A stretch of 64,000 bases of DNA, from the NCBI GenBank assembly GCA_033763315.1, contig JANRKS010000019.1, forward strand, positions 128,001 to 192,000, in the 5' to 3' direction. The stretch is from Deltaproteobacteria bacterium (GTDB taxonomy: Bacteria; Myxococcota_A; Polyangia; Fen-1088). Position 1 is the stretch's first letter. Every line of letters begins with the position of its first letter. The notes beneath the pieces were generated by a model. It saw nothing but the letters and a program-made list of their open reading frames with translations. It was not told the DNA's origin and made no database searches. Of the stretch, positions 48,664 to 57,516 are shown in pieces. A program made the position numbers and the translations under genes.

Positions 48664-48674
48664 GGTCGGGCTCC

Positions 48675-50066
48675 TTAACGCTTCACGCGGCCCATGATCG
48701 GGGCTTGGTCATTCGGGGTCACGGTGACGGTTAAGCGGCGATCTTTGCGCAAGAGGTTGCGGGCAAAGGATTGCAACGACGCCGGGGTGACGGCTTCATA
48801 GCGGGCCAAATCGCGCCCGATGAAACCGGGATCACCCGTGAAGTATTTGTATTGTGCGAGCAGGCCCGCCACGCCGGAAACTTGTTCAAGGCCGCTGAAG
48901 AAATTGGTTTTGATTTTGTTCTTCACGCGCTCGACTTCAGCCACATCCACCGGCGTGGAAGCCAACCGCGCCAGCTCCTCATCGATCAGGGGCAACACAT
49001 CTTTGAGCGTCTTGCCCGGCAATGGCGTGACGGATATCTCGAACAGGCCCGCGTGCATCAACGACCACTGCGACGCTTCCACTTGCTGCGCCACTTTCAG
49101 GTCGTAAACCAAGCGCTTGTGCAGCCGCGACGTTTTGCCGTCGGTCAAGATGGCGGCGAGTACATCCATTTCTGCGTCGCCAGGCTGATACATAGGCACC
49201 GATTGCCACGTCAAAAATGCGGTGGGCAGCTTGACCTTTGCTTCCATCTCAATGGTCTTGGGGCCCTTGAACTCGAACTTCGGGGCCGGGCGACGCACGA
49301 TGGGTGGCGCCGCCGGGATGGGGCCGAAATACTTTTGCACCAATGCTTTGGTTGCGGCTGTATCGAACGAACCTGCAATCACCAAAATGGCGTTGTTGGG
49401 CGCGTAGTAACGGTTAAAGAAGCCTTTGATGTCGTCGACCGAGGCCGCTGTCAGATCATCCATGCTGCCGATGACTTCGTGGTGGTAAGGATGGTCGGTG
49501 GGGAACAGGTTCTCGAGTTGCTCCTCCATCACCGCACCCATCGGCCGGTTCTCCACGCGTTGGCGGCGCTCGTTCTTCACAACGTCGCGCTGGTTGTCCA
49601 GCGTTTCTTTGAAGCTTGGCCGGGCCAGCAGATAACCCATGCGCGACGACTCAAGCCACATCGCCAACTCAAGCCGGTTGGCCGGCAAGGTTTCGTAGTA
49701 ATTGGTGCGATCGAAACTGGTGGTGCCGTTGACGTTCGAGGCACCGGCCTCTTGCAAGAATTTGAAATGGGCGTCTTCAGGCACGTGCTTTGTGCCTTGA
49801 AACATGATGTGCTCGAACAAGTGGGCGAAGCCAGTCTTGCCCGGCTCTTCATCTTTGGAGCCCACCTTGTACCAAATCTCGGTGTGCACTGTGGGCACTG
49901 AAGTGTCCCGAGACAACACGACCTCGAGGCCGTTGTCTAACGAGAAGGTTTCGAAGGGGATTTCGGGCACACGCGCGGAGGCGCTGGGCGCCGCGAAGGC
50001 CATCGCCACGCAGGCTCCTGCCAACAGACTTGCCACGGGGCTTCGATGAGTGGTTCTGCGATACAT
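48675..50066 (-). CDS. M16 (pitrilysin-like) zinc peptidase, catalytic subunit
   Basis: 'GFAHLFEHIMF', 'NGTTSFDRTNY', 'VVKNERR'; signal peptide; start ATG 50066. Confidence 0.92.
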   Translation of the reverse strand: MYRRTTHRSPVASLLAGACVAMAFAAPSASARVPEIPFETFSLDNGLEVVLSRDTSVPTVHTEIWYKVGSKDEEPGKTGFAHLFEHIMFQGTKHVPEDAHFKFLQEAGASNVNGTTSFDRTNYYETLPANRLELAMWLESSRMGYLLARPSFKETLDNQRDVVKNERRQRVENRPMGAVMEEQLENLFPTDHPYHHEVIGSMDDLTAASVDDIKGFFNRYYAPNNAILVIAGSFDTAATKALVQKYFGPIPAAPPIVRRPAPKFEFKGPKTIEMEAKVKLPTAFLTWQSVPMYQPGDAEMDVLAAILTDGKTSRLHKRLVYDLKVAQQVEASQWSLMHAGLFEISVTPLPGKTLKDVLPLIDEELARLASTPVDVAEVERVKNKIKTNFFSGLEQVSGVAGLLAQYKYFTGDPGFIGRDLARYEAVTPASLQSFARNLLRKDRRLTVTVTPNDQAPIMGRVKR

Positions 50067-50092
50067 GGGGGCATCCTGAACTGGGTGGAACT

Positions 50093-51922
50093 TCAAGTAA
50101 AGAGGGCTGTCCGTAAGCCGACCGCCCCTGCGGCGGTGCCGGTGGTTTGCAACCGGTGAAGACGCGCGAATAATCCCTCTTGTGCCAGCAAGTCGTCGCG
50201 CGTTCCTTGTTCCACGATGCGGCCGTGTTCGATGACCACGATGCGATCCGCATTGACCACCGTTGAGAGCCGGTGGGCGATGACGATCGAGGTGCGGCCC
50301 TTCATCAATGCGGCGGTCCCCGCTTCGATCAGGCGCTCCGTCTCGGGATCAACGTTGGCCGTCGCCTCGTCCAGCACCAAAAGCTCGGGATCGCGGCAAA
50401 GCGCCCGTGCCAAGGCAAACAGCTGCCGCTCGCCGGCCGAAAAATTGATTGCCCGCGGTTGCACTTCGGCCTGCAAGCCGAGGCGGGCCAACAACGGCCC
50501 CGCTCCCGCTTGCTGCAGGGCTTGGGTCACGGCTTCTTCGGAGGCTTGCCCAAGGCCCACCGCCTCCTGCAAGGTGCCAGAGAAGAGGTAAGGCTCTTGA
50601 CCAATCAGCACAACCCGCCGCCGGAGCGCCTCGATGTTCAGGTTGGGCAACGGCACGCCATCCAGGCGCACGCTGCCCTCCGCAGGATCGTAAAAGCGTG
50701 CCAAGAGTTTGATCAATGTTGACTTGCCCGATCCGCTTGGCCCCACGATCGCCACGGTCTCCCCGCGCTTGACCCGTAAATTGATGCCGGTGAGCACCGG
50801 TTGCTCGGGCCGGTAGTGAAATGAGACGTCGCGGAATTCAACGATCGGCTCGTCGGGCGTGTGTGGGGCCGCGGGAACGGTGGGCCGTGAAGGCGCATCG
50901 TAGGTGCGGGTGTCGAGCAATTCAAAGATGCGTTCGGCGGCGGCCATCGCCTGTTGCAGGACCGTGTATTTCGTCGATAGATCGCGAATGGGGGCGAAGA
51001 ACTTCTGCAGGTATTCGATGAACGCCACCAGCACGCCAAAGGTGAGCGTGCCGCCGATGATGCGCGCGCCTCCGTGCCACAGCAGGCCCGCAATCGCGAA
51101 TGAGCCCACCGCCTCCACGATGGCGTAAAGTGCGGCGTCGGCTCCAATCGCGCGGGCGTTTGCCTTGCGGTAATCGTGATTCAGTTGATCAAAGCGCGCG
51201 GCCGCCAAGCGCTCTTGCGCAAACGCCTGCACGATGCGCACGCCTGAAAGGTTCTCTTGCAGGAAGGTGTTGAGGCGTGACAAACGGGTGCGGATGTCGC
51301 GAAAAGCTTCCCGCACCACCCGACGAAACAACCAGGCCACCGTGAATAGCACAGGTGCACTGGCAAGCGAGAACAGCGCCAATTTGGCATCGATCAAAAA
51401 GATCGTGACGATGATGAATGCAAGCTTCACAAGATCACCGATCAGCGACACCAAGCCCGAGGCGAACATTTCGGTGAGCGATTCCACGTCGCTGGTGAGC
51501 CGGGTCATCAAGCGGCCCACTGGCGTTGTCTCGAAGAAGGTTTGGGACAGCCGCAACACGTGCTGATAAAGCTGGTCGCGCAGATCCGCCATCGCCTTTT
51601 GCCCAACCCACTGCATGAGGTACGTTTGCAGAAAGAGCAGGGCGTATTGGCCAACCAACATCGCCAGGTAGGCGAGTGCGATCTGGTCCAGTCCCGCAAG
51701 CTGCTTGACGGCGATGTGTTGATCGATTGCCTTCTTCAGCAGATAGGGCTGCGCCAATTCAAATACGGCGGCCAGCGGCAGCACCACAACGGCGGCGAGC
51801 ATTTGCCATTTATAGGGCCACACATACAACAAAATGCGTTTGAGCAGATGGCGATCAAGGGCCTTGCCCAGCACGGGCTCGTGGCCCGGCCCTGCGTTGT
51901 TGGCGGCGCGGGTGGTGGTCAT
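50093..51922 (-). CDS. ABC exporter half-transporter (TMD+NBD), heterodimer subunit B
   Basis: GPSGSGKS, degenerate signature FSAGE, LVLDEAT, IAHRL. Confidence 0.92.
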   Translation of the reverse strand: MTTTRAANNAGPGHEPVLGKALDRHLLKRILLYVWPYKWQMLAAVVVLPLAAVFELAQPYLLKKAIDQHIAVKQLAGLDQIALAYLAMLVGQYALLFLQTYLMQWVGQKAMADLRDQLYQHVLRLSQTFFETTPVGRLMTRLTSDVESLTEMFASGLVSLIGDLVKLAFIIVTIFLIDAKLALFSLASAPVLFTVAWLFRRVVREAFRDIRTRLSRLNTFLQENLSGVRIVQAFAQERLAAARFDQLNHDYRKANARAIGADAALYAIVEAVGSFAIAGLLWHGGARIIGGTLTFGVLVAFIEYLQKFFAPIRDLSTKYTVLQQAMAAAERIFELLDTRTYDAPSRPTVPAAPHTPDEPIVEFRDVSFHYRPEQPVLTGINLRVKRGETVAIVGPSGSGKSTLIKLLARFYDPAEGSVRLDGVPLPNLNIEALRRRVVLIGQEPYLFSGTLQEAVGLGQASEEAVTQALQQAGAGPLLARLGLQAEVQPRAINFSAGERQLFALARALCRDPELLVLDEATANVDPETERLIEAGTAALMKGRTSIVIAHRLSTVVNADRIVVIEHGRIVEQGTRDDLLAQEGLFARLHRLQTTGTAAGAVGLRTALFT

Positions 51923-53712
51923 TCCGCTGCCTCCAGACGCGCGGCCTCTTGCTCTTGGTAAAGCGCCGCGTAGATGCCTTTGGCGGCGATCAGCGCGCTG
52001 TGGGTGCCGCGTTCGGCGATGTGGCCTTGCTCGAGAACCAAGATTTCGTTGGCGTGTTGTACGGCGGCCACCCGGTGAGAAATCAGCACAGCGGTGCGTT
52101 GCCCCAGATGCTCGCGTAGCTGTCGCAAGATCGTCTGCTCTGTTTCGGCATCGACGGACGCCAGTGAGTCGTCGAGAATGATCAACGGCGTACGCGCGTA
52201 AAGGGCGCGGGCCAAAGCCACGCGCTGGCGCTGCCCTCCCGAAAGCGTGATGCCGCGTTCACCAACCATCGTCTGTAGGCCCTGCGGCAGTTCATCCAGA
52301 TCCCGCGCCAACCCAGCGTCGATGGCTGCCTGTTGGATGCGTGCCATCGCGGATTCATCATGGATGCCTTCGGCGGGCGGCGGTCCCGCGCCGGTCCAAC
52401 GTTCGCCATAGGCGATGTTGTCGGCGATGGTGGCGGAGAACAAGAACGGATCTTGGGGGGCGTAAGCAATCATCGATCGCAACGCCCCCAAAGACAGTGT
52501 GGTGACGTCACGATCATTGACGAAAAGAGTGTGTGGTGGCACTTCCACCAAACGCAGCAGAGCGTCGGTCAGCGTGCTTTTGCCGCTCCCCGTGCGTCCC
52601 ACAATGGCCACGGTGTGCCCGGCCGGCACTAAGAACGAAACCTTATCCAGAATGCGGCGGCCGCCAAGCACGACGCTCAGATCGCGCACCCGCAACGCCG
52701 CCTGCGTGGCGCTCTCAACCGGCAAAGCATCGCCTTGGGCGGTGGCGGGTTCGCGCAGCAGCTCACGCACGCGTTGCCACCCGGCCAAGCCTCGTTGCCA
52801 CAGTGATAAAACCCACCCGAGGGCAAGCGTGGGCCACGCCAGATAAACAAAATACGCATTGAACGCGACCAAACCGCCTACCGTCAGACGACCGGCGATC
52901 ACCTCGCGGCCGCCCAGCCAAAGCACGATCAAGGTTCCAAGCCCGGTGGCAATGGCGAACTGCGGGCCCAACAAGCCGCGCGTCTTTACGAGCTCAAGCG
53001 ATTTGTCGAGGTAACCGTCGGACAGTGCCTTGAAGCGGGCGTGCCGCTGCGGGGCAAGCGTGTAACTGCGCAGGGTGGTGATGCCGTTGAAGTCTTCTTG
53101 CAGATGGTTGGAGAGCTTGCCCATCTGCGCTTGCAGCTCGCGGCTGAATCGATAAATGCGGCGGCTGGCAAAACGAGCGGTGATTACAACCAACGGCAGG
53201 GGAATGATCGCGAAAAGAGTCAGGCGGGGCGAAAGGCCCACCATGAAGTAAAGGCCGGTGGCGTAAACGATCGTCGTGTTCATCACGTTCAAGATGCCGG
53301 GCCCAAACAACATGCGGACGGCTGACAAATCGTTCGTGAGGCGCGACATCAACTCACCAGTGGGTGAGCGGCGGTGGAACTCTTGGGGCAAAGCGATGAT
53401 GTGGGTGAACAGATCGCGGCGGAGGCCGTACTCAATTTCGCGCCCGCCGTTGAAGATCACGATGCGGGAGAAAGTTCGCACCACCGCCTGCATGGCGGAC
53501 GCCCCAATGATAATTAGCGCGATGCGCCCGATCACCGGTAGCGCTTCCGCTCCACTGTGTCCCAGCGTATCGATCGCGTGCTTGAGCTGCTTGGGGATCA
53601 CCAAACCCAGGGCGTTGGTGGCCAGCAAGGCGGCCGCACCGACGGCAAAGCGCCGCCATTGGCCGAAGGCGTACCTCCGAAGGGTCAGTGGCGAGGGGGA
53701 AGGCTGAGGCAC
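51919..53712 (-). CDS. ABC exporter half-transporter (TMD+NBD), heterodimer subunit A
   Basis: GRTGSGKS, LSGGQ, degenerate Walker B IILDD; start uncertain (GTG 53712). Confidence 0.9.
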   Translation of the reverse strand: MPQPSPSPLTLRRYAFGQWRRFAVGAAALLATNALGLVIPKQLKHAIDTLGHSGAEALPVIGRIALIIIGASAMQAVVRTFSRIVIFNGGREIEYGLRRDLFTHIIALPQEFHRRSPTGELMSRLTNDLSAVRMLFGPGILNVMNTTIVYATGLYFMVGLSPRLTLFAIIPLPLVVITARFASRRIYRFSRELQAQMGKLSNHLQEDFNGITTLRSYTLAPQRHARFKALSDGYLDKSLELVKTRGLLGPQFAIATGLGTLIVLWLGGREVIAGRLTVGGLVAFNAYFVYLAWPTLALGWVLSLWQRGLAGWQRVRELLREPATAQGDALPVESATQAALRVRDLSVVLGGRRILDKVSFLVPAGHTVAIVGRTGSGKSTLTDALLRLVEVPPHTLFVNDRDVTTLSLGALRSMIAYAPQDPFLFSATIADNIAYGERWTGAGPPPAEGIHDESAMARIQQAAIDAGLARDLDELPQGLQTMVGERGITLSGGQRQRVALARALYARTPLIILDDSLASVDAETEQTILRQLREHLGQRTAVLISHRVAAVQHANEILVLEQGHIAERGTHSALIAAKGIYAALYQEQEAARLEAAE

Positions 53713-53931
53713 GGGCGGGAACTGCCATGGGATGCCATTGCACGCAATGTCGTTACCGCACTTGCTGCTCAAGCCGCTCGTCAGGGTGACGATGTGGGAT
53801 ACGCCTTCTATTAAAGACAGGCTCTTTGACCGCTTTTTTCGCCTCGGTTACTGTAAGGACGCAACGACGTTGTCCGTCCAACAGGCGTGGACGGCGCCGC
53901 CGGTGTCAGAATCAACAAGGGAACAGACTAG

Positions 53932-54789
53932 ATGAATAAGTTGAAGCTTTTGCGTCGCGCGTTGGCGGGGGCGGTTGTTTTGGGGTTATGCGTGGCCGCG
54001 GGCGCGGCCCAGGCCCAAACGGCCGAACAGAAGAAGGCGGCCAAAGAATACTTCGAGCAGGCCCGCCGGCTTTACGACGTGGGCAAGTATCAAGAAGCGA
54101 TCGAGGCCTATCAAAAGGCTTATTTGAACGTTGAAGATCCCGTTTTCCTTTACAACATCGCGCAATCGCACAGGTTGAACAACCAGCCTGAAGACGCGAT
54201 TCGTTTCTATAAGAATTACCTTCGTCGATCCCCTGATGCGGCCAACAAGGACGAGGTGCAAAAAAAGATCGAGGATCTACAAAAAGAGATCGATGACAAA
54301 GCGCGCGGCTCCAACAAGACCGCGCCGCCACCTGTTGAGCCAGTGAAACCAACCACCACGCCGCCTCCCGTGGTTGAGCCGCCTCCTGTCACACCGACAG
54401 CGGCGCCCCCCGTTGTGATCAATACTTCGGCACCAAACCCAGAACCGAAGCGTCAGTGGCGGACCACGGGCATCGTCTTGGCGGGCGTGGGCGGTGCTCT
54501 GCTGGTGACGTCGGTTGTGACGGGATCCATGGCCAACAAGGCGGCCAAGGATGTTGAAAAAGGGCCGACCTTCGATCCCGATGCTGAAAGCCGAGGCAAA
54601 ACATTGAATAAGGTGGCGATAACCACGGGCCTGCTGGGGTTGGCCGCGGGCATTACCGGCGGTGTCTTGCTGTTCATGAACGGCTCGTCATCGTCTTCAC
54701 CCGAGGCGACGGCGGTTGAACCACGCTTCGCGCTCGCGCCGGTTCTGGGCGGCTCTTACACGGGTGCACAAGCCACCTATCGTTTCTAG
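53932..54789 (+). CDS. Exported TPR protein with a Pro-rich linker, two Gly-rich hydrophobic helices and a terminal beta-hairpin
   Basis: Signal 'AQAQ', TPRs 'AKEYFEQA..LY..GKYQEAIE.Y..AY', 'LYNIAQ', ends 'GAQATYRF'. Confidence 0.85.
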   Translation: MNKLKLLRRALAGAVVLGLCVAAGAAQAQTAEQKKAAKEYFEQARRLYDVGKYQEAIEAYQKAYLNVEDPVFLYNIAQSHRLNNQPEDAIRFYKNYLRRSPDAANKDEVQKKIEDLQKEIDDKARGSNKTAPPPVEPVKPTTTPPPVVEPPPVTPTAAPPVVINTSAPNPEPKRQWRTTGIVLAGVGGALLVTSVVTGSMANKAAKDVEKGPTFDPDAESRGKTLNKVAITTGLLGLAAGITGGVLLFMNGSSSSSPEATAVEPRFALAPVLGGSYTGAQATYRF

Positions 54790-54810
54790 AAAGAATAGGA
54801 AGCTTAGAAA

Positions 54811-55770
54811 ATGCGTTTCATCGAAAGCAGTAAGAAGGCGTTCGGCAAATGGGGGGCGCTTGCTGTCGTGGTGGCAGCCGTCGGGTATGTGGCTTGTTAC
54901 AACCCTGACATCCAAGACAATTTCTTGGTCTGTAACGTGGGTGGGAAAGCCTGCCCTGATGACTTCGTTTGTTCGCCCGCCACCAACAAATGTGTGAAGA
55001 GCACATCAGGCGCGGGCGGCAGCTTGGGCACAGGCGGCACCATCGGTACAGGGGGCGCAGGTGGAACGGGAGGCGCACCCATGTGTGTTGGCCCCTTGCC
55101 GGCTTGCAAGGCATCAACCGCCCCGGGGCAAACCTGCGATCCAGCTTGCCAATCAGGCTGCCAATGCACCCAGCGCTGCGGGTTGGTGGGTGCACAAGCG
55201 GCGTGCATCCCTGATACCAAAGGAACCAAGGCTCTGGCGCAGGACTGCGGCGGCCAGGGCCCGAACGTGATCGTCGACGACTGCCAACCCGGTTTGACGT
55301 GTTTGCCTGAGTACGAAGAGGTTTGTGGCAAGCACTGCTTCCGCTATTGCAAAGACGACACAGATTGCTCTTCGGGCGCCCATTGTTCGGTGCCTCTGAC
55401 GGTGGGTGACAAAGAGACAGGCGTTCGGGTTTGTGACAACCCACCTGAAAACTGTGTGCCCGTGTTCGGGGCTGGCAACTGCAACCGCGCCGACCGGCCT
55501 TCACCCGCTTTTGGTTGTTACATCATGGGCGGCGGCTACAACGATCAGGCGGTGTGTGATTGCGCCGGCACGTTGGCGGAAGATGCTCTGTGCCAGGCCG
55601 AGCGCGAATGTAAGCCTGGCCTTGTGTGCATTCCGCCTGCGGCGGGTGAGAAGCCTCGCTGCAAGCGCGTGTGCCCGCAAAAGATGGACGAAATCGCAAA
55701 GACGATCTGCGGTCTGACCAAGGCATGCGTTCCGGTGAACGGCTCGCAACGCTGGGGCTACTGCAAGTAA
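54811..55770 (+). CDS. Cys-rich lipoprotein with a Gly-rich linker
   Basis: Lipobox YVAC, 'GAGGSLGTGG' linker, many Cys. Confidence 0.8.
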   Translation: MRFIESSKKAFGKWGALAVVVAAVGYVACYNPDIQDNFLVCNVGGKACPDDFVCSPATNKCVKSTSGAGGSLGTGGTIGTGGAGGTGGAPMCVGPLPACKASTAPGQTCDPACQSGCQCTQRCGLVGAQAACIPDTKGTKALAQDCGGQGPNVIVDDCQPGLTCLPEYEEVCGKHCFRYCKDDTDCSSGAHCSVPLTVGDKETGVRVCDNPPENCVPVFGAGNCNRADRPSPAFGCYIMGGGYNDQAVCDCAGTLAEDALCQAERECKPGLVCIPPAAGEKPRCKRVCPQKMDEIAKTICGLTKACVPVNGSQRWGYCK

Positions 55771-55792
55771 GGCGCGATTCTGAACCGACGTT

Positions 55793-55828
55793 CAAAGCCT
55801 CCTGTCGCACGACGCGCGGGAGGCTTTG
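55793..55828. terminator. Hairpin between convergent genes
   Basis: CAAAGCCTCC...GGAGGCTTTG. Confidence 0.55.
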
Positions 55829-55849
55829 TTCATTGGTGCGGCGGGGCCG

Positions 55850-56722
55850 CTATGCCCAGTACAACACCACGGCCACCACGGCCGCGTACGCCAGCAGGTT
55901 TGCCAAGAAGATGCGATCCCTCAACATCGAATCCGTTGGGCTTTCGGCGTCGGGTTTGTTGAACGTCAGCCACACGAAGCGGACGATGCCAAACACCACA
56001 CAAGGCACGGTCAGCGCCAACCCGCGCGTGTGAAACAGAGACAGGGCGTGGGTCGATTGCGTGTAAAGCGAATACGCCCCAACCGTGCCCAGCGCCAACA
56101 TAACCATCAACGCGCGCAAGATGCCGGGGTGGTAGCGCTCAAGCACATCGCGCTGTTTGCCTTTGCCTTCCCCCGCCAAGCGCAGTTCGTGGGCGCGTTT
56201 GCCAAAGCCCAGCAAGGATGAGAGCAAGCCTGTGCAGATCAACAACCATGGGGAGGCAGGCACCGCGATCGCATACGTGCCGGCGAGCACGCGCAGCAAG
56301 AACCCCAAACTGATGCACCCCACGTCAACGAACGGCACGCGCTTGAGGCCAAAGGTGTAGGCGATGTTGAGCACGAAATAGCCCGCGGCGACGACTGCCA
56401 GCTCAAACGAAAGCAACAAGCACCCCAGCAAGGCCGCGACCGAAAAGGAGGCCAGCGCCGCGCGCGCAGCGGTCACCGACAAAGCCCCTGAAGCGATGGG
56501 GCGGTTGCGTTTGGTGGGGTGGGCGCGGTCGCGCTCCACGTCGGCCAGGTCGTTCAGGAGGTAAACCGCGCTCGACAGGATACAGAAGCACAGCACGGCG
56601 GCCGAGGCGCGTAACAAAGAGGTTACGTCGTAGATGCGGAGCGCGAACACCAGCGGGGCCGCCACGAAGGCGTTCTTGATCCATTGATGGGGGCGAGCCG
56701 CCTTAACTAAGGCCAAAACCAT
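55850..56722 (-). CDS. UbiA-family prenyltransferase (decaprenyl-phosphate phosphoribosyltransferase-like)
   Basis: 'RPHQWIKN', 'YLLNDLADVERDRAHPTKRNRPIASG', 'KRAHE', 'SPTD'; start ATG 56722. Confidence 0.88.
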   Translation of the reverse strand: MVLALVKAARPHQWIKNAFVAAPLVFALRIYDVTSLLRASAAVLCFCILSSAVYLLNDLADVERDRAHPTKRNRPIASGALSVTAARAALASFSVAALLGCLLLSFELAVVAAGYFVLNIAYTFGLKRVPFVDVGCISLGFLLRVLAGTYAIAVPASPWLLICTGLLSSLLGFGKRAHELRLAGEGKGKQRDVLERYHPGILRALMVMLALGTVGAYSLYTQSTHALSLFHTRGLALTVPCVVFGIVRFVWLTFNKPDAESPTDSMLRDRIFLANLLAYAAVVAVVLYWA

Positions 56723-56886
56723 GAGGGCCGCGCAGTTTACTCTGAAGCCCGGGCGTGCCAAGCGACAAACGTCGGCAACGTTATCCGCCCCAACCGCCGT
56801 GGGGCAGCTTGACGCATATAGAAACAAAGACCTGCCTGGTCCCTTGAGACGGCCGCGTGGTGGTGTAGAGTCTCAGGAGCCTTAAC

Positions 56887-57516
56887 TTGTTAGAAAACGA
56901 ACTTCCTCAAGCGCCGCAGGGCGCACCCTCAGATGAAGCCTTGGTGGAGCGGGCCAAGGCAGGGGATTTTGCGGCCTTTGAGCAACTTGTGTCCGGGCAT
57001 CAAGAGCGGGTTTACCGCTTGGCGCTGCGGATGATGGGCACCGAGTCTGACGCGCAAGAGGTGGTGCAGGACGCGTTGCTGTCCGCCTGGCGCAACCTGA
57101 AGAAGTTCGAAGGCAAGGCGCAGTTTGGCAGCTGGCTCTACCGGATCGCGGCCAACGCCGCGCTGATGATGCTGCGCACCCGGCGTCGCCACCCACAGGT
57201 GTCGATGGAGGAAGTCACCGCCTTGGGTGCTGACGAAACCGGCGTCGATGGTTTTGGCGCGGGCGCCGGCGATGATTGGTCCAAACGCCCCGACGATCAA
57301 CTGCAGTCCACCGAACTTCGTGCGGCCATTCAAGCCGCCGTTGACGCCTTGCCTGAATCGTCCCGACAGGTGTTTATGGTTCGTGACGTCGATGGTTTAT
57401 CCACGGAAGAAACGGCAGAAACCTTGGGGCTTTCCGTGCCCGCGGTGAAAACGCGTTTGCACCGCGCACGGCTGGCGTTGCGCGAGGCGATCTCCCGGTA
57501 CTTTGAGGCTCGGTGA
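56887..57516 (+). CDS. ECF RNA polymerase sigma factor
   Basis: 'GDFAAFEQLV', 'DAQEVVQD', 'FGSWLYRIAAN', 'VKTRLHRAR'. Confidence 0.93.
   Translation: MLENELPQAPQGAPSDEALVERAKAGDFAAFEQLVSGHQERVYRLALRMMGTESDAQEVVQDALLSAWRNLKKFEGKAQFGSWLYRIAANAALMMLRTRRRHPQVSMEEVTALGADETGVDGFGAGAGDDWSKRPDDQLQSTELRAAIQAAVDALPESSRQVFMVRDVDGLSTEETAETLGLSVPAVKTRLHRARLALREAISRYFEAR

Noticed and set aside
50093-53712. Degenerate ABC motifs as pseudogenisation
   Set aside because: One degenerate ATPase site is normal for heterodimeric exporters
56744-56761. Sigma54 promoter upstream of the UbiA gene (TTGGCACG...)
   Set aside because: GG-to-GC spacing is 9 nt rather than the required 10
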